A program made the position numbers and the translations under genes. The notes beneath the pieces are model-generated. The model had not been told where the DNA came from, made no database searches, and saw nothing but the letters and a program-made list of their open reading frames with translations. 64,000 nucleotides of DNA from Planctomycetota bacterium (GTDB lineage Bacteria; Planctomycetota; Planctomycetia; Planctomycetales; Planctomycetaceae): positions 11,353 through 75,352 of the forward strand of contig JAQCEJ010000006.1 in NCBI GenBank assembly GCA_027618475.1. Reading direction: 5' to 3'. This document shows, piece after piece, positions 16,282 through 25,371 of the stretch. The first letter of the stretch is position 1; the number at the start of each line of letters is the position of its first letter.

Positions 16282-18182
16282 TTCGTCTCGCGGTACACCG
16301 TTTCCAATACGGGCGTTTCGACGGCGCAGCGTTGTTGATATTCGTGCGGTCCCAGGATTTCTTGGGTTATTGCCGGTTCGCCACGCCATACGATCGAAGC
16401 ATACTCGGCTAGACTCTCAATCCATTCGGGTTTCAGGGTATCACGGCGATCAGCGGGCAACACGACCACGATCCGCTTGGCCCCTTTCCAGTAACCGGGT
16501 TGCATCGAATAAAATCGATCGAGATACGACGTCTGTTTCAGACAGGTGTACCGAATTCGTTCGAAGAAGGCATCGTTCAATAGTTCGGGATCTGCCAGAG
16601 GTTCGAGCATTATCTGCAATGTTGCATGTGGCTCATGCGTAAGAAATTTGTCGACGATGTTGACAATGTTTGCCAGATGATCATGTAAGTACAGTCCGCG
16701 AAACCACAACGAAAAAGCTTGCGCCAGTTGGTCGACTTGTGTTTCAAACTCATGTTCGTTTTCCGATGCATCGAAATCAACGATCCACGATTGGCGGAGA
16801 GCAGGTAATTGGGGATGAGATTCATTTTCCGCGAGCACTGGTTCGAGCAGCGAATCAAATTCGGTCTCGAAAATTTCCTCCGCTTCGTCGAGCAATTGAT
16901 AGAGATCGGAAAGTTCCAGAGTCGGCGTACGCAGAACGTAATAGGGAGGCTGAGACTGGAATTCGAGGCCAAGCTGTGACGCTTCCTGCCGAAAGGCCGT
17001 TCCGGGAAGAATCGCCAGACTAAAAACCTGTACGCTGCTGTATTTTCCCGAGTCTTTCACGTAGTGCATGCCACGGCGGATTGATTCGACGGTGTCCCCC
17101 GGCAGACCGATGATCAAATCGAGTTTGACCTTGATACCGACGTCGAGCAGCGCTTGCACACCCCGTTCGAATGCCCGCATGTTGTTTTTGCGATCCATCA
17201 ATTCCATTGCCAGCGGGTCGACCGACTGCAGGCCGATTTCAACTTCGTCAAACCCCGCTTGCACCATCAGCTCGGCGATCTCGGCGTTGATCCCCTCCGC
17301 TCGGAGTTCACCAAAGTAGCGAAATCGCCTCTCGGGATTGCAACGAATCAACAAGCGCAGAAAGTCTGAGAAATTCCGACGTTGATTGAGTGTCGGATCG
17401 AGCAGTACGACTTCTCGGGCGCCACGTTCGGCAGCGTGTTTAAGATTGGCGACAATTTTGTCTTCGGAAACGAAATACAAATCGTCGTAACTCTTGGGAT
17501 AATAACAGAACTTGCATTGAAAGACGCAGCCGCGCAATGTTTCGAGCATCATCATCTGCTCATCGGCAGCGTCAAGAATGCCTGCGAGATATGGCGACGA
17601 AACCTCGTTCAAATTCGGCAACGGTTTGCGGAACATTGGCATCCAGCGACCGAGCGACTCTGTCGGATCGACGCCGAGTTGTCTGACCGTTGACGTGGCC
17701 ACAAGACCTGCGATCGATTGTGATTCCGGTTCGGTCTCAGGTATTTGCTTATAATGGTCGAGCAATTCTGCGAACGTCTGCTCCCCTTCGCCGATGACGG
17801 CGTAGTCGATGTCGGGATGCCCCAGTACCCAGGCGTTATCGATGGTAATTTCCGGTCCGCCAAGTACGATCTTTAATGTGGGATGTCGTCGTTTCAGTTT
17901 CGACGCGATCGAAAGGGTACGATTGATATTCCACAAATAACAACTGAAACCGATCATCCACGGATCGCGAGCCAGGATTTCATTCACGAGGGCCGTGTCA
18001 CCGAGCAAATTGGCCAATGGCGTCGGCAGAATGTCGATTTCATATTCGGCTTCAAGCCCCTGCTGTCGGGCATACAGCTTCAGATATCCTGCAGCGAGAG
18101 GGACGTTTCCGCGTGGCGGCTCGAGCCCCGGCTGAGGAATCGGGAGTTGAACCAGAATTACACGACGACGAGTTGGTTTCAT
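16269..18182 (-). CDS. B12-binding-domain radical SAM protein with a long C-terminal extension
   Basis: N-terminal cobalamin-binding-like Rossmann text and a radical SAM cluster motif RGCVFQCKFCYYP (CxxxCxxC). The 637-aa ORF overlaps the 3' end of the convergent kinase gene by 13 nt. Confidence 0.85.
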   Translation of the reverse strand: MKPTRRRVILVQLPIPQPGLEPPRGNVPLAAGYLKLYARQQGLEAEYEIDILPTPLANLLGDTALVNEILARDPWMIGFSCYLWNINRTLSIASKLKRRHPTLKIVLGGPEITIDNAWVLGHPDIDYAVIGEGEQTFAELLDHYKQIPETEPESQSIAGLVATSTVRQLGVDPTESLGRWMPMFRKPLPNLNEVSSPYLAGILDAADEQMMMLETLRGCVFQCKFCYYPKSYDDLYFVSEDKIVANLKHAAERGAREVVLLDPTLNQRRNFSDFLRLLIRCNPERRFRYFGELRAEGINAEIAELMVQAGFDEVEIGLQSVDPLAMELMDRKNNMRAFERGVQALLDVGIKVKLDLIIGLPGDTVESIRRGMHYVKDSGKYSSVQVFSLAILPGTAFRQEASQLGLEFQSQPPYYVLRTPTLELSDLYQLLDEAEEIFETEFDSLLEPVLAENESHPQLPALRQSWIVDFDASENEHEFETQVDQLAQAFSLWFRGLYLHDHLANIVNIVDKFLTHEPHATLQIMLEPLADPELLNDAFFERIRYTCLKQTSYLDRFYSMQPGYWKGAKRIVVVLPADRRDTLKPEWIESLAEYASIVWRGEPAITQEILGPHEYQQRCAVETPVLETVYRETNHGS

Positions 18183-18530
18183 GGCTGCAATGGGGTGAAA
18201 ATTTGTGACTCGGACTCACGCGAACAACTGAACCGTTAGGAATTTCTCATACTGGTCTGGCTCAATGTAATCCGATGAGTGTGACTACGAAATTTGTCTG
18301 AATTCACTATAACATGGGTATCAGGCGGGGGTAAGCTGGATGGGCTATTTTGTGTCCGCCGGATCCGTAGCCGACGGCGCAGCGAGTTGTTATGCTATGC
18401 AGCATATATTTCCGGTTTTGCAATACAATCGTCGAATCGACAGAAATCCTTCGAGCAGATTTCCCTAGATCGATTCGCCGAAAGCAAATAGAAGAATCAT
18501 CGTCGTATCGAAGGGAAAGGAACAGTATTC

Positions 18531-18878
18531 ATGGCACGTAAAGTAACCAGCCGCAAAGAATTGCGTAAACAGGCCGAAGCTGCCGAGGCACGCGATGGTG
18601 ACGATAAGGGGGGGGTGAAGAAGAAAAAGAAAGTCGCCGTCCGCAAAAAAGTAGTTCGCGCAAAGCGGACGAAGGAAAAAACCCCTGCCCGCATGCGTCG
18701 AATCTGGGCCATTTATAGCGGTACAATGAAAGAAGAAGCTCGATTCTCTTACGAACAGCACGCCGAGGCCGAGCAGAAGATGGAAGAGCTTCGCGGCAAA
18801 TCGAAAAAGATGTATTTCATCCTCCCGCTGAGCGAGCCGATCACCGAACCTCTACCGGTCGCAGCTGATGCGGAATAG
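18531..18878 (+). CDS. Small, very basic hypothetical protein (Lys/Arg-rich N-terminal half)
   Basis: 115-aa ORF. aaggaacag lies upstream of the ATG. The N-terminal half contains GGVKKKKKVAVRKKVVRAKRTKEK. The C-terminal half is a more ordinary alpha/beta-looking sequence. Confidence 0.6.
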   Translation: MARKVTSRKELRKQAEAAEARDGDDKGGVKKKKKVAVRKKVVRAKRTKEKTPARMRRIWAIYSGTMKEEARFSYEQHAEAEQKMEELRGKSKKMYFILPLSEPITEPLPVAADAE

Positions 18879-18902
18879 ATCCGTACTGCCAACGCATCAG
18901 CT
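18863..18902. terminator. Hairpin spanning the two convergent stop codons (possible bidirectional terminator)
   Basis: agctgatgcg (18863-18872) pairs with cgcatcagct (18893-18902), giving a 10-bp stem and a 20-nt loop. There is no clear U-tract. Confidence 0.3.
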
Positions 18903-19749
18903 ATCCTCCCAGTTGACGACGCAAATCGTGGACGATATCGGCGAGTTCGTTCATCTGTGTTCGTAACGTCTCGATATCCGATTCGAGACTACGATTCTGA
19001 TCGGAGAGTTTCTGACAGAGCGCGTTCAAGTCGTCGTATCGTGCCGGTGAACTCGATCCGTTCGTCGACTGAGATACTGGATCGTCGTCAATCATCGTTT
19101 GGCGCGAACTTGTTCGCGCCAAATCACCTTCGTCGAACGAACTGGTCGACGAATCATCGAACTCCTGACGATATTCAAGACGTTGGCCTTCTTTCTCGGT
19201 GTACCAATTGTGGTCGACGAGAATTCCCCGGCGCTCGAGCGGGCCGTCTGCCTGCGCAAAATTCATTTCGATGAGCCCTTTCAATTCCGTCCGCAGTTGT
19301 TCGAGTGATTCGATCGGTGCCATTCGGCTGGCCCGAGATCTCAATTCACCCAACTGTTGTTTGCCCCGAAGCAGCAGCTCGGTGAGCAATGCAAGTTGCG
19401 GTTCGCTCATCGTGAAGCGATGTCGCATATAATGACGGAAGCGTTGTGTTCTTCCCGTTTCGGTATGCACAACGGCGACAAGGCCCAGCTCTCGAAGTTG
19501 ATCGAGCGTCTCTTCAACGGCGTCTTCGGTGTAGCTAGCAATAGGATCGCGGTTATTTTTCTGATTGCATCCCGCGGTGACCGCCTTGAGCGTCAGGGGA
19601 TAATACTCAGGCGTCGTGATCCCCTTCTCGACCAGCACTCCCAACACCCGGCGTTGTGCTTTCGTCAGGTGTGTAATCGATATCTGAGTTTTTGCATCCA
19701 TTTCGGGCAAAGCATGTTCGTTCATCGGCAGAGCACTCCGTTGTGGCAT
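18901..19749 (-). CDS. DUF480 (YceH-like) winged-helix protein with a C-terminal coiled-coil tail
   Basis: LTKAQRRVLGVLVEKGITTPEYYPLTLKAVTAGCNQKNNRDPI and the repeat SEPQLALLTELLLRG match the YceH/DUF480 pattern. Downstream alternative starts exist. Confidence 0.75.
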   Translation of the reverse strand: MPQRSALPMNEHALPEMDAKTQISITHLTKAQRRVLGVLVEKGITTPEYYPLTLKAVTAGCNQKNNRDPIASYTEDAVEETLDQLRELGLVAVVHTETGRTQRFRHYMRHRFTMSEPQLALLTELLLRGKQQLGELRSRASRMAPIESLEQLRTELKGLIEMNFAQADGPLERRGILVDHNWYTEKEGQRLEYRQEFDDSSTSSFDEGDLARTSSRQTMIDDDPVSQSTNGSSSPARYDDLNALCQKLSDQNRSLESDIETLRTQMNELADIVHDLRRQLGG

Positions 19750-19801
19750 TCGACAAGATTGTTTCCAGAGAGCGTGTTATAACGTTTCAGGAAATGTTCT
19801 C

Positions 19802-21466
19802 TCAAGGCCGATTGGAAGTTGCATCGGTTGACTCCGCCGATTCAGTCTTTGCTGGTTTGACGCCGAGTTGCTGGTTCCACTGGTGCTCGGGACGGGCCAG
19901 GATATCGTCGATGACTTTCGTCACGGCATCGGCTTCCGTCTCTTTCCCCTCTTCACGGGCGTGGGCAACGATCTCGCGGGCCTGGGGGATCATCTCTTTG
20001 TAGAACCGTTCGCCGACTTCGAACATGCCATGCCAATGAGCATAGTCGGGGGCCATCATCGAGGCCCCATGCCGGGCTCTTCGTCCTTCGTGATGCCAGA
20101 GATAGAACCAGGTCCATTCGATTTCCTCGTCGAATTGCGTCGAGGTGAGCAGACCGTTTTCGAGCAGCGAAGCCATAATGTTCTGGCCAGGTTTCGCGAA
20201 CTTTTCGTTAAACAGCACGATAAAATCGTCGTACTGTTTATAGAAGGCGTTGACGTAATCGGGGGTATGGCAGTGCAGACAGACCTGCTTCATATTGGTC
20301 CGTTTTTCCTCCGCAGAGAAGGTAACCAACTCGCGACGTTTGTCGGGATCGGTTTCAGTGACAACGTTCCCCTTAGCGTCGGTATCGAGCACTAAGCTGA
20401 CGGGGGGACGATTCGTCCACGAGATGCGCTCGCCAGGGTTGTGTGTGATCCGTCCTTCGTTACGGGAATGTCCTGACATGTGACACGTCGCACACGTGGG
20501 GGCTTGGGAGTAATCTTCTCCGAGCACCCATTTGTGCGCATCAAGATTCATTTTGTCCTTCAAGTCACGAAACGCGACACCATGTTTCGATTCTTCGTAG
20601 ATTTCTTTCTGCGGATGATCGGGACCGAGATGACATTTGCCGCAGTTCTCGGGTTGCCGTGCACGGCGGGGTGAAAAGTCGTGCCGGCTGTGACACGCCG
20701 AGCACGATCCTCGCGATCCGTCGAGATTAAGCCGGCCGATGCCCGTGTTCGGCCATGTCGAGAAATGAAACTTCGGTCGACCATCTTCAGATTTCGCAAT
20801 CTGATCGAGTACGGCAAGATTCGTCGGATGCCCCGCCTCATTCGGTTTCAAATCGTCGACGGTGATCTTGTTCCCCTCTTTTGACATCAGCGCCACCTTG
20901 CTGCCGTGACATTGCTGACAACCGACGAATGCGCTCGCCATGCCATCGACGGAATCGATGTCGGGTCGGCCGGGGGTTGGCGAGTGCGGATTGAAGAAGT
21001 GCGGACCGTTGGGGTTGTCGTCGTCGCGATATCCTTCCACCTCTTCGGCGAGAAAATTATCGAGCGAGGCAAGAATGTTGCCCGCCTTGGCGTGATGGCT
21101 GGCGGTGAACTCGTCGTACACCTTCTTATGACACCGAGAACAGTCTTTCGGTGTCACGACGGTCGCGATCAGGGCACCGTAATGCGTAAAGCTGTCGGCG
21201 TCTTCCTTCTGGGCCTGATGGCATTCGACGCAGCCAACCCCCTTTCGGGCGTGCGTACTGCCAGTCCAGTGATCGACGATCCCCGGCGACGACTTGCCGT
21301 GACATTCCACACACTGCCGAGAACTGATCGGCGGTGTGATATGCGGACCGCTGACTCCCGATTCTTCACGGCGACGGACAACCTCCACCGCCTGGACGAG
21401 AACAAGAGAAAGAAGAAAGACGATTCCCAATAAGCCAATGATAGTTCGTTTCGTTCGCAGTTGCAT
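19802..21466 (-). CDS. Membrane-anchored octahaem c-type cytochrome, hydroxylamine-oxidoreductase (HAO)-like family
   Basis: N-terminal TM anchor. There are eight CxxCH motifs (CVECH x2, CSRCH, CQQCH, CSACH, CGKCH, CATCH, CLHCH). The C-terminal WHHEGRRARHGASMMAPDY text recalls HAO-family proteins. Confidence 0.8.
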   Translation of the reverse strand: MQLRTKRTIIGLLGIVFLLSLVLVQAVEVVRRREESGVSGPHITPPISSRQCVECHGKSSPGIVDHWTGSTHARKGVGCVECHQAQKEDADSFTHYGALIATVVTPKDCSRCHKKVYDEFTASHHAKAGNILASLDNFLAEEVEGYRDDDNPNGPHFFNPHSPTPGRPDIDSVDGMASAFVGCQQCHGSKVALMSKEGNKITVDDLKPNEAGHPTNLAVLDQIAKSEDGRPKFHFSTWPNTGIGRLNLDGSRGSCSACHSRHDFSPRRARQPENCGKCHLGPDHPQKEIYEESKHGVAFRDLKDKMNLDAHKWVLGEDYSQAPTCATCHMSGHSRNEGRITHNPGERISWTNRPPVSLVLDTDAKGNVVTETDPDKRRELVTFSAEEKRTNMKQVCLHCHTPDYVNAFYKQYDDFIVLFNEKFAKPGQNIMASLLENGLLTSTQFDEEIEWTWFYLWHHEGRRARHGASMMAPDYAHWHGMFEVGERFYKEMIPQAREIVAHAREEGKETEADAVTKVIDDILARPEHQWNQQLGVKPAKTESAESTDATSNRP

Positions 21467-21531
21467 GACAGACCTTTTTGGATATTCCGATCGATATCGA
21501 CATCAGGTGATGTTTTTAGACTTTGTTTGAT

Positions 21532-22581
21532 CTAATGCACCTGCAGCGCTTCCCATGTCGTTAGACCAACCAGGAGAAATACGCCGATGATGCCGATCCA
21601 GAAACTGATGTCTTCGTTGCGGGTGATTTTTCTCAGCCAGACATCAATAAACGGCCAGGTAAACATCATGAAGACAATGAGCCCCATACTCAAAACGGCG
21701 ACTGTCGCCGAGAAGAGTTTTAACCAGCGAAACGTCGCATAGAAAAACCATTCGGGCTTGATGATTTCGGGAGTCGTGAGCGGGTCGGCCTTCGGACCCA
21801 TCCCTGCGGGAAAAACAGTGGCGAGGACGCTCAACAGAATCATCAGCACCAGGCCAATGATCAGTTCACTGTAAAAGTGATCGGGGAAGAAGTCGAAGTA
21901 TTTCTTCTCGGGCTCGGGTTCGTCTTCGAGTTGAAGTTCGGTCACCCCTTGCAGACGAATCAACGCGATATGAACGGCGATCAGTCCGATCAATGTGGCC
22001 GGCAACACCGCCGCGTGCAGAATGAAAAACCGCGGTACGGTGTTCTGATTGTACTGGTCGCCGGCGAGCAACATGCGCTTGGCAAACCCGCCGAGGTAGG
22101 GAATCGTGTCGCAGATATTCGCGGCGACGCTCGCTCCCCAGTAGCTCAATTGTTCGAAAACGAGGCTGTAACCGGTAAACCCGATAAGCAGTGTGACCAG
22201 CAGCAGACACATGCCGATCATCCAATTGATCTCGCGCGGTTTGCGATACGCGGCGGTGAAGTAGACCCGCATCTGATGTAGAATCACGGCGGCGATCATC
22301 AGCGTGGCGGCCCATTTGTGGACGCTGCGAAAGTACCAGCCGTAGGTGACTTCCTCGGTGATCCGTTGCACCGACTGATACGCGGTTTCGGGGGCTGGTT
22401 GATAGTAGAAGGCGAGCAGAATTCCTGTGACGATCTGTACGACGAACAGATACGCAGGAGTTCCCCCGAGACAGAACCACCACCAGCGGAGGTGATTGGG
22501 AACCGGCTCGTTGCTTAGTTCGGCCAGTTGCACGCCCGATACGGGAACGCGTTCTTTGAACCAGTTCAGCATCCGTCCCAT
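21532..22581 (-). CDS. Cytochrome b of a Rieske/cytochrome b complex (b6 + subunit IV-like parts fused)
   Basis: 349-aa polytopic ORF with cytochrome b text (WWFCLGG, FRSVHKWAATLM, HAAVLP..HIALIR, PEWFFY). Confidence 0.9.
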   Translation of the reverse strand: MGRMLNWFKERVPVSGVQLAELSNEPVPNHLRWWWFCLGGTPAYLFVVQIVTGILLAFYYQPAPETAYQSVQRITEEVTYGWYFRSVHKWAATLMIAAVILHQMRVYFTAAYRKPREINWMIGMCLLLVTLLIGFTGYSLVFEQLSYWGASVAANICDTIPYLGGFAKRMLLAGDQYNQNTVPRFFILHAAVLPATLIGLIAVHIALIRLQGVTELQLEDEPEPEKKYFDFFPDHFYSELIIGLVLMILLSVLATVFPAGMGPKADPLTTPEIIKPEWFFYATFRWLKLFSATVAVLSMGLIVFMMFTWPFIDVWLRKITRNEDISFWIGIIGVFLLVGLTTWEALQVH

Positions 22582-22643
22582 GTGCTCGCCATTCCTGTCT
22601 GTGGCGTTTCAATTCATTATTCAGACGACTTTATGTGATTCGA

Positions 22644-23201
22644 TCACACCAATGCTTCTGCAGATACTTCGATAAACAACATCCCCTCTTCGATCTTGAG
22701 CGGATATTTCAGCAGCGATTGCCCTGCTTCGAAGGGAGGGCCTTCCGTCGCTTTCCCTTCGGGATCGAACGCCCCGTTATGACACGGGCAGAAGAAGCGG
22801 TTATTCTGCAACTCCCAGTGAACCTGACATCCCAGATGCGGACAGATGCTTGATAATGCGACAAAATCGGTTTCGGTTCCGGAATCTCCCGTGCGGCTGA
22901 TCACGACGGTTTCTCCGGCGGGGGAGCTGTACGTCATCGATTCGCCCATAGCGAATCCCGCGAGATCGCGAACGAACTGCCAGATCTTTTCGGTTCCATG
23001 ACTGGGAAACAGAAACTGCCCCATCATCGAACCGAAACATCCATAACCACCGACGAGGCCGAACGCCATCACCGCCGATGAGCTTTTGGCGATGAAATCA
23101 CGGCGTGGTTCTTCCTCGGAAGCCGTGTGTGGTGGCGCAGTCTCACCCTTGATGGGAATGCTCTCTTCATGGTGTTGTTCATCGCCGAGTTGATGTTGCA
23201 T
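22644..23201 (-). CDS. Rieske [2Fe-2S] subunit of the Rieske/cytochrome b complex
   Basis: Cluster-binding boxes CPHLGC and CPCHNG, and a Tat-like RRDFIAKSS followed by a TM helix. I chose the start at 23201. The longest ORF reaches 23342 but runs through AT-rich, non-protein-like text. Confidence 0.85.
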   Translation of the reverse strand: MQHQLGDEQHHEESIPIKGETAPPHTASEEEPRRDFIAKSSSAVMAFGLVGGYGCFGSMMGQFLFPSHGTEKIWQFVRDLAGFAMGESMTYSSPAGETVVISRTGDSGTETDFVALSSICPHLGCQVHWELQNNRFFCPCHNGAFDPEGKATEGPPFEAGQSLLKYPLKIEEGMLFIEVSAEALV

Positions 23202-23438
23202 GGGCGACCCTTTCGCCGAATCGTCACATCCCTCAAACGTCGACGTCCAGTCGATGTGCGATTTAAAAAAACAAAAAGCCTGTTTCCGCACAATGGGTGC
23301 AGCTACAGGCTTCGTGACCTTTTCAAAATCAGCTCCCGACATGAAAGCTACGAACGATATACCAACACCAGTTGTTCACGTCAACCGATGCGAATCGCGG
23401 CGGGTTTTCTAGTGTTCTTTCTGGCAAGGCATCCGTTT

Positions 23439-25109
23439 TTATCTCAGTGCTTCGTGTTTTTCACCCCGGCGAACGCTTTGATACGTCAGGCCGCGGACTT
23501 GTTCAGGGCGCGGGCCGGGTAAGAGACCGCCAATGAACGCGGCGGTGATCATGGTGAAGGCCCACGAGACCGGGCCTAACATAAACGGGGAGATCGAACT
23601 GACTTTCATGCCGTAATGTTCGGCGATCACATCGGTGTAGCCCATGGCCAATCCGGCCGAGATGCCGAGAAGTACGGAGATCAGAGCCGTTTGCCGGCCG
23701 ACGTGCGGGAGCAGAATGCCCATCATGAAGAGCGCCCCGAGCGGCCCCAGTACGCAGTTGAAGCTCTTCATCTGCAGGTCGATGATGTTCTTGTTGTCGG
23801 GATACATTGTAAAGAGCACACCGATAACGGTGATCAGAAATCCGATGACCAGCGTCAAACCTTGAGCGACGCGTAACTCGGTGTGGTCCGACATGCCCGG
23901 ATTTCTTCCGCGAATGATGTTCACCACAATCACCGTGGTCGTGGAGTTGATCCCCGAATCGAGACTCGATTGAGCGACCGCGAAAATCGCAGCGATGATC
24001 AATCCGGTGACGCCGATCGGCAACCCATGCACGATGAAGTGCGGGAAGATTTTATCGGCAAAATAAGGATCGCGAGGATCGGTCACACCGGGGGGGAGTT
24101 CGTTGGTGTGACGGATGAAGTAATACAACAATGCCGCACCGACGAGACCGAGTAACAGTTGCATCACCGTATCGAGAAAGTAATTCATCCCCGCGACTTT
24201 TCTTGCGGCTGCCGCCGATTCGGTCGTGAAGTATCGCTGCAACGCGACCTGATCGGAACAGTGCGTGCAGATATGCCAGATGACGCCACCAAGCACCACC
24301 CAGAGAACGGTTGTCCGTTCGGCGAGGTTCCAGCTTGCTATCGGCGGAAACGCATGTGATGCGCTGGTGATGTCTGTGATCCAATCGACCGGTCCGCTGT
24401 CGGTGCGCATGGCAATAATGACAACCGTGAAGACCGCTCCAATAAACAGGCAGATGAACTGCATCACGTCGGTCCAGATAACGGCTTTGATGCCTCCGAG
24501 TGCGGTATACACGGTGCTGATGACGCCGGTCGCAATGATGACGATATAGAGCCATGCCTTTTCATCGATTTGAATCAATCCACCACTGAGAGTTGCCAAT
24601 GCTGCGGGGGCTGTCGATTGCGTCATCAACGCGAGCGCCATCGACGCCGTGAAAATGATCGCTCCCATCCAGACGAATCGCATGTAGAGATAACTCCCGA
24701 CGGCGACCCAGCGGGTAGCGCCGCCGAAGCGCATATCGAGATATTCGTAAGCACTCGTCAACCGTAACTGCATGAAGAACGGTACCCAGATGTAAGCGAC
24801 GACAAAGTACGAAATGGGGACGCCGATAAGGGCGAGCGTGATGCTCAACCCGTGCTGGATGATCTCACCGGGGGCACCGAGATACGACAACGTCGACATC
24901 AGGGTGGCGATCATACTGATTCCGACCGCCCACCACGGTAGATGCCGCGAACCGACGAAAAATTCTTCCGACGTGGTTTGCTGCCGTGCAAGATAACCGC
25001 CGATCCCCAGCATGATCATCATGTAGACGCCGATGATAACGTAATCGAAGGTATGCATTCCCGTTTGCGCGAGAATGAACAGCGTGAGGGACGGTAATTC
25101 GAATGCCAA
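23439..25109 (-). CDS. Sodium:solute symporter family (SSF/SLC5) transporter
   Basis: 556-aa polytopic ORF with SSF-like text (FFVGSRHLPWWAVGISMIAT, GGIKAVIWTDVMQ). Confidence 0.85.
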   Translation of the reverse strand: MAFELPSLTLFILAQTGMHTFDYVIIGVYMMIMLGIGGYLARQQTTSEEFFVGSRHLPWWAVGISMIATLMSTLSYLGAPGEIIQHGLSITLALIGVPISYFVVAYIWVPFFMQLRLTSAYEYLDMRFGGATRWVAVGSYLYMRFVWMGAIIFTASMALALMTQSTAPAALATLSGGLIQIDEKAWLYIVIIATGVISTVYTALGGIKAVIWTDVMQFICLFIGAVFTVVIIAMRTDSGPVDWITDITSASHAFPPIASWNLAERTTVLWVVLGGVIWHICTHCSDQVALQRYFTTESAAAARKVAGMNYFLDTVMQLLLGLVGAALLYYFIRHTNELPPGVTDPRDPYFADKIFPHFIVHGLPIGVTGLIIAAIFAVAQSSLDSGINSTTTVIVVNIIRGRNPGMSDHTELRVAQGLTLVIGFLITVIGVLFTMYPDNKNIIDLQMKSFNCVLGPLGALFMMGILLPHVGRQTALISVLLGISAGLAMGYTDVIAEHYGMKVSSISPFMLGPVSWAFTMITAAFIGGLLPGPRPEQVRGLTYQSVRRGEKHEALR

Positions 25110-25371
25110 AGTCTTTCTCCCGTAGTGCCGAAACCGGGTCGCTCTACGTCATCAAAGGTCTTCGAATCGATGTCGACGGCGATATGTATCCGGTGTGAAG
25201 CGATCCGACTGGAGGATCGTTTGAAGTAAAATATAATCGTTTAAAGAGTGGTCGATGTCGACCCACAACGGAGACGCCGTGACAGAACGCGAACGTCTCA
25301 AATACAGGAACACACATTCTGCCCGATTGTGATGTCGAAACACAAGTTCGCGGAGTCGATTTCCCGACGTT

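Noticed and set aside
19802-21466. Taking the HAO-like octahaem gene as evidence that the organism is an anammox bacterium or a nitrifier.
   Set aside because: No hydrazine synthase, hydrazine dehydrogenase cluster, amo genes or other nitrogen-cycle markers occur in the window. Multihaem partners of Rieske/b complexes occur in non-anammox Planctomycetes too.
23202-23342. The upstream 47 codons of the longest Rieske ORF.
   Set aside because: The text (CFFKSHIDWTSTFEGCDD) is not Rieske-like, and the DNA includes an AT-rich run (aaaaaaacaaaaag) typical of spacer. The ATG at 23201 still leaves room for the Tat motif.
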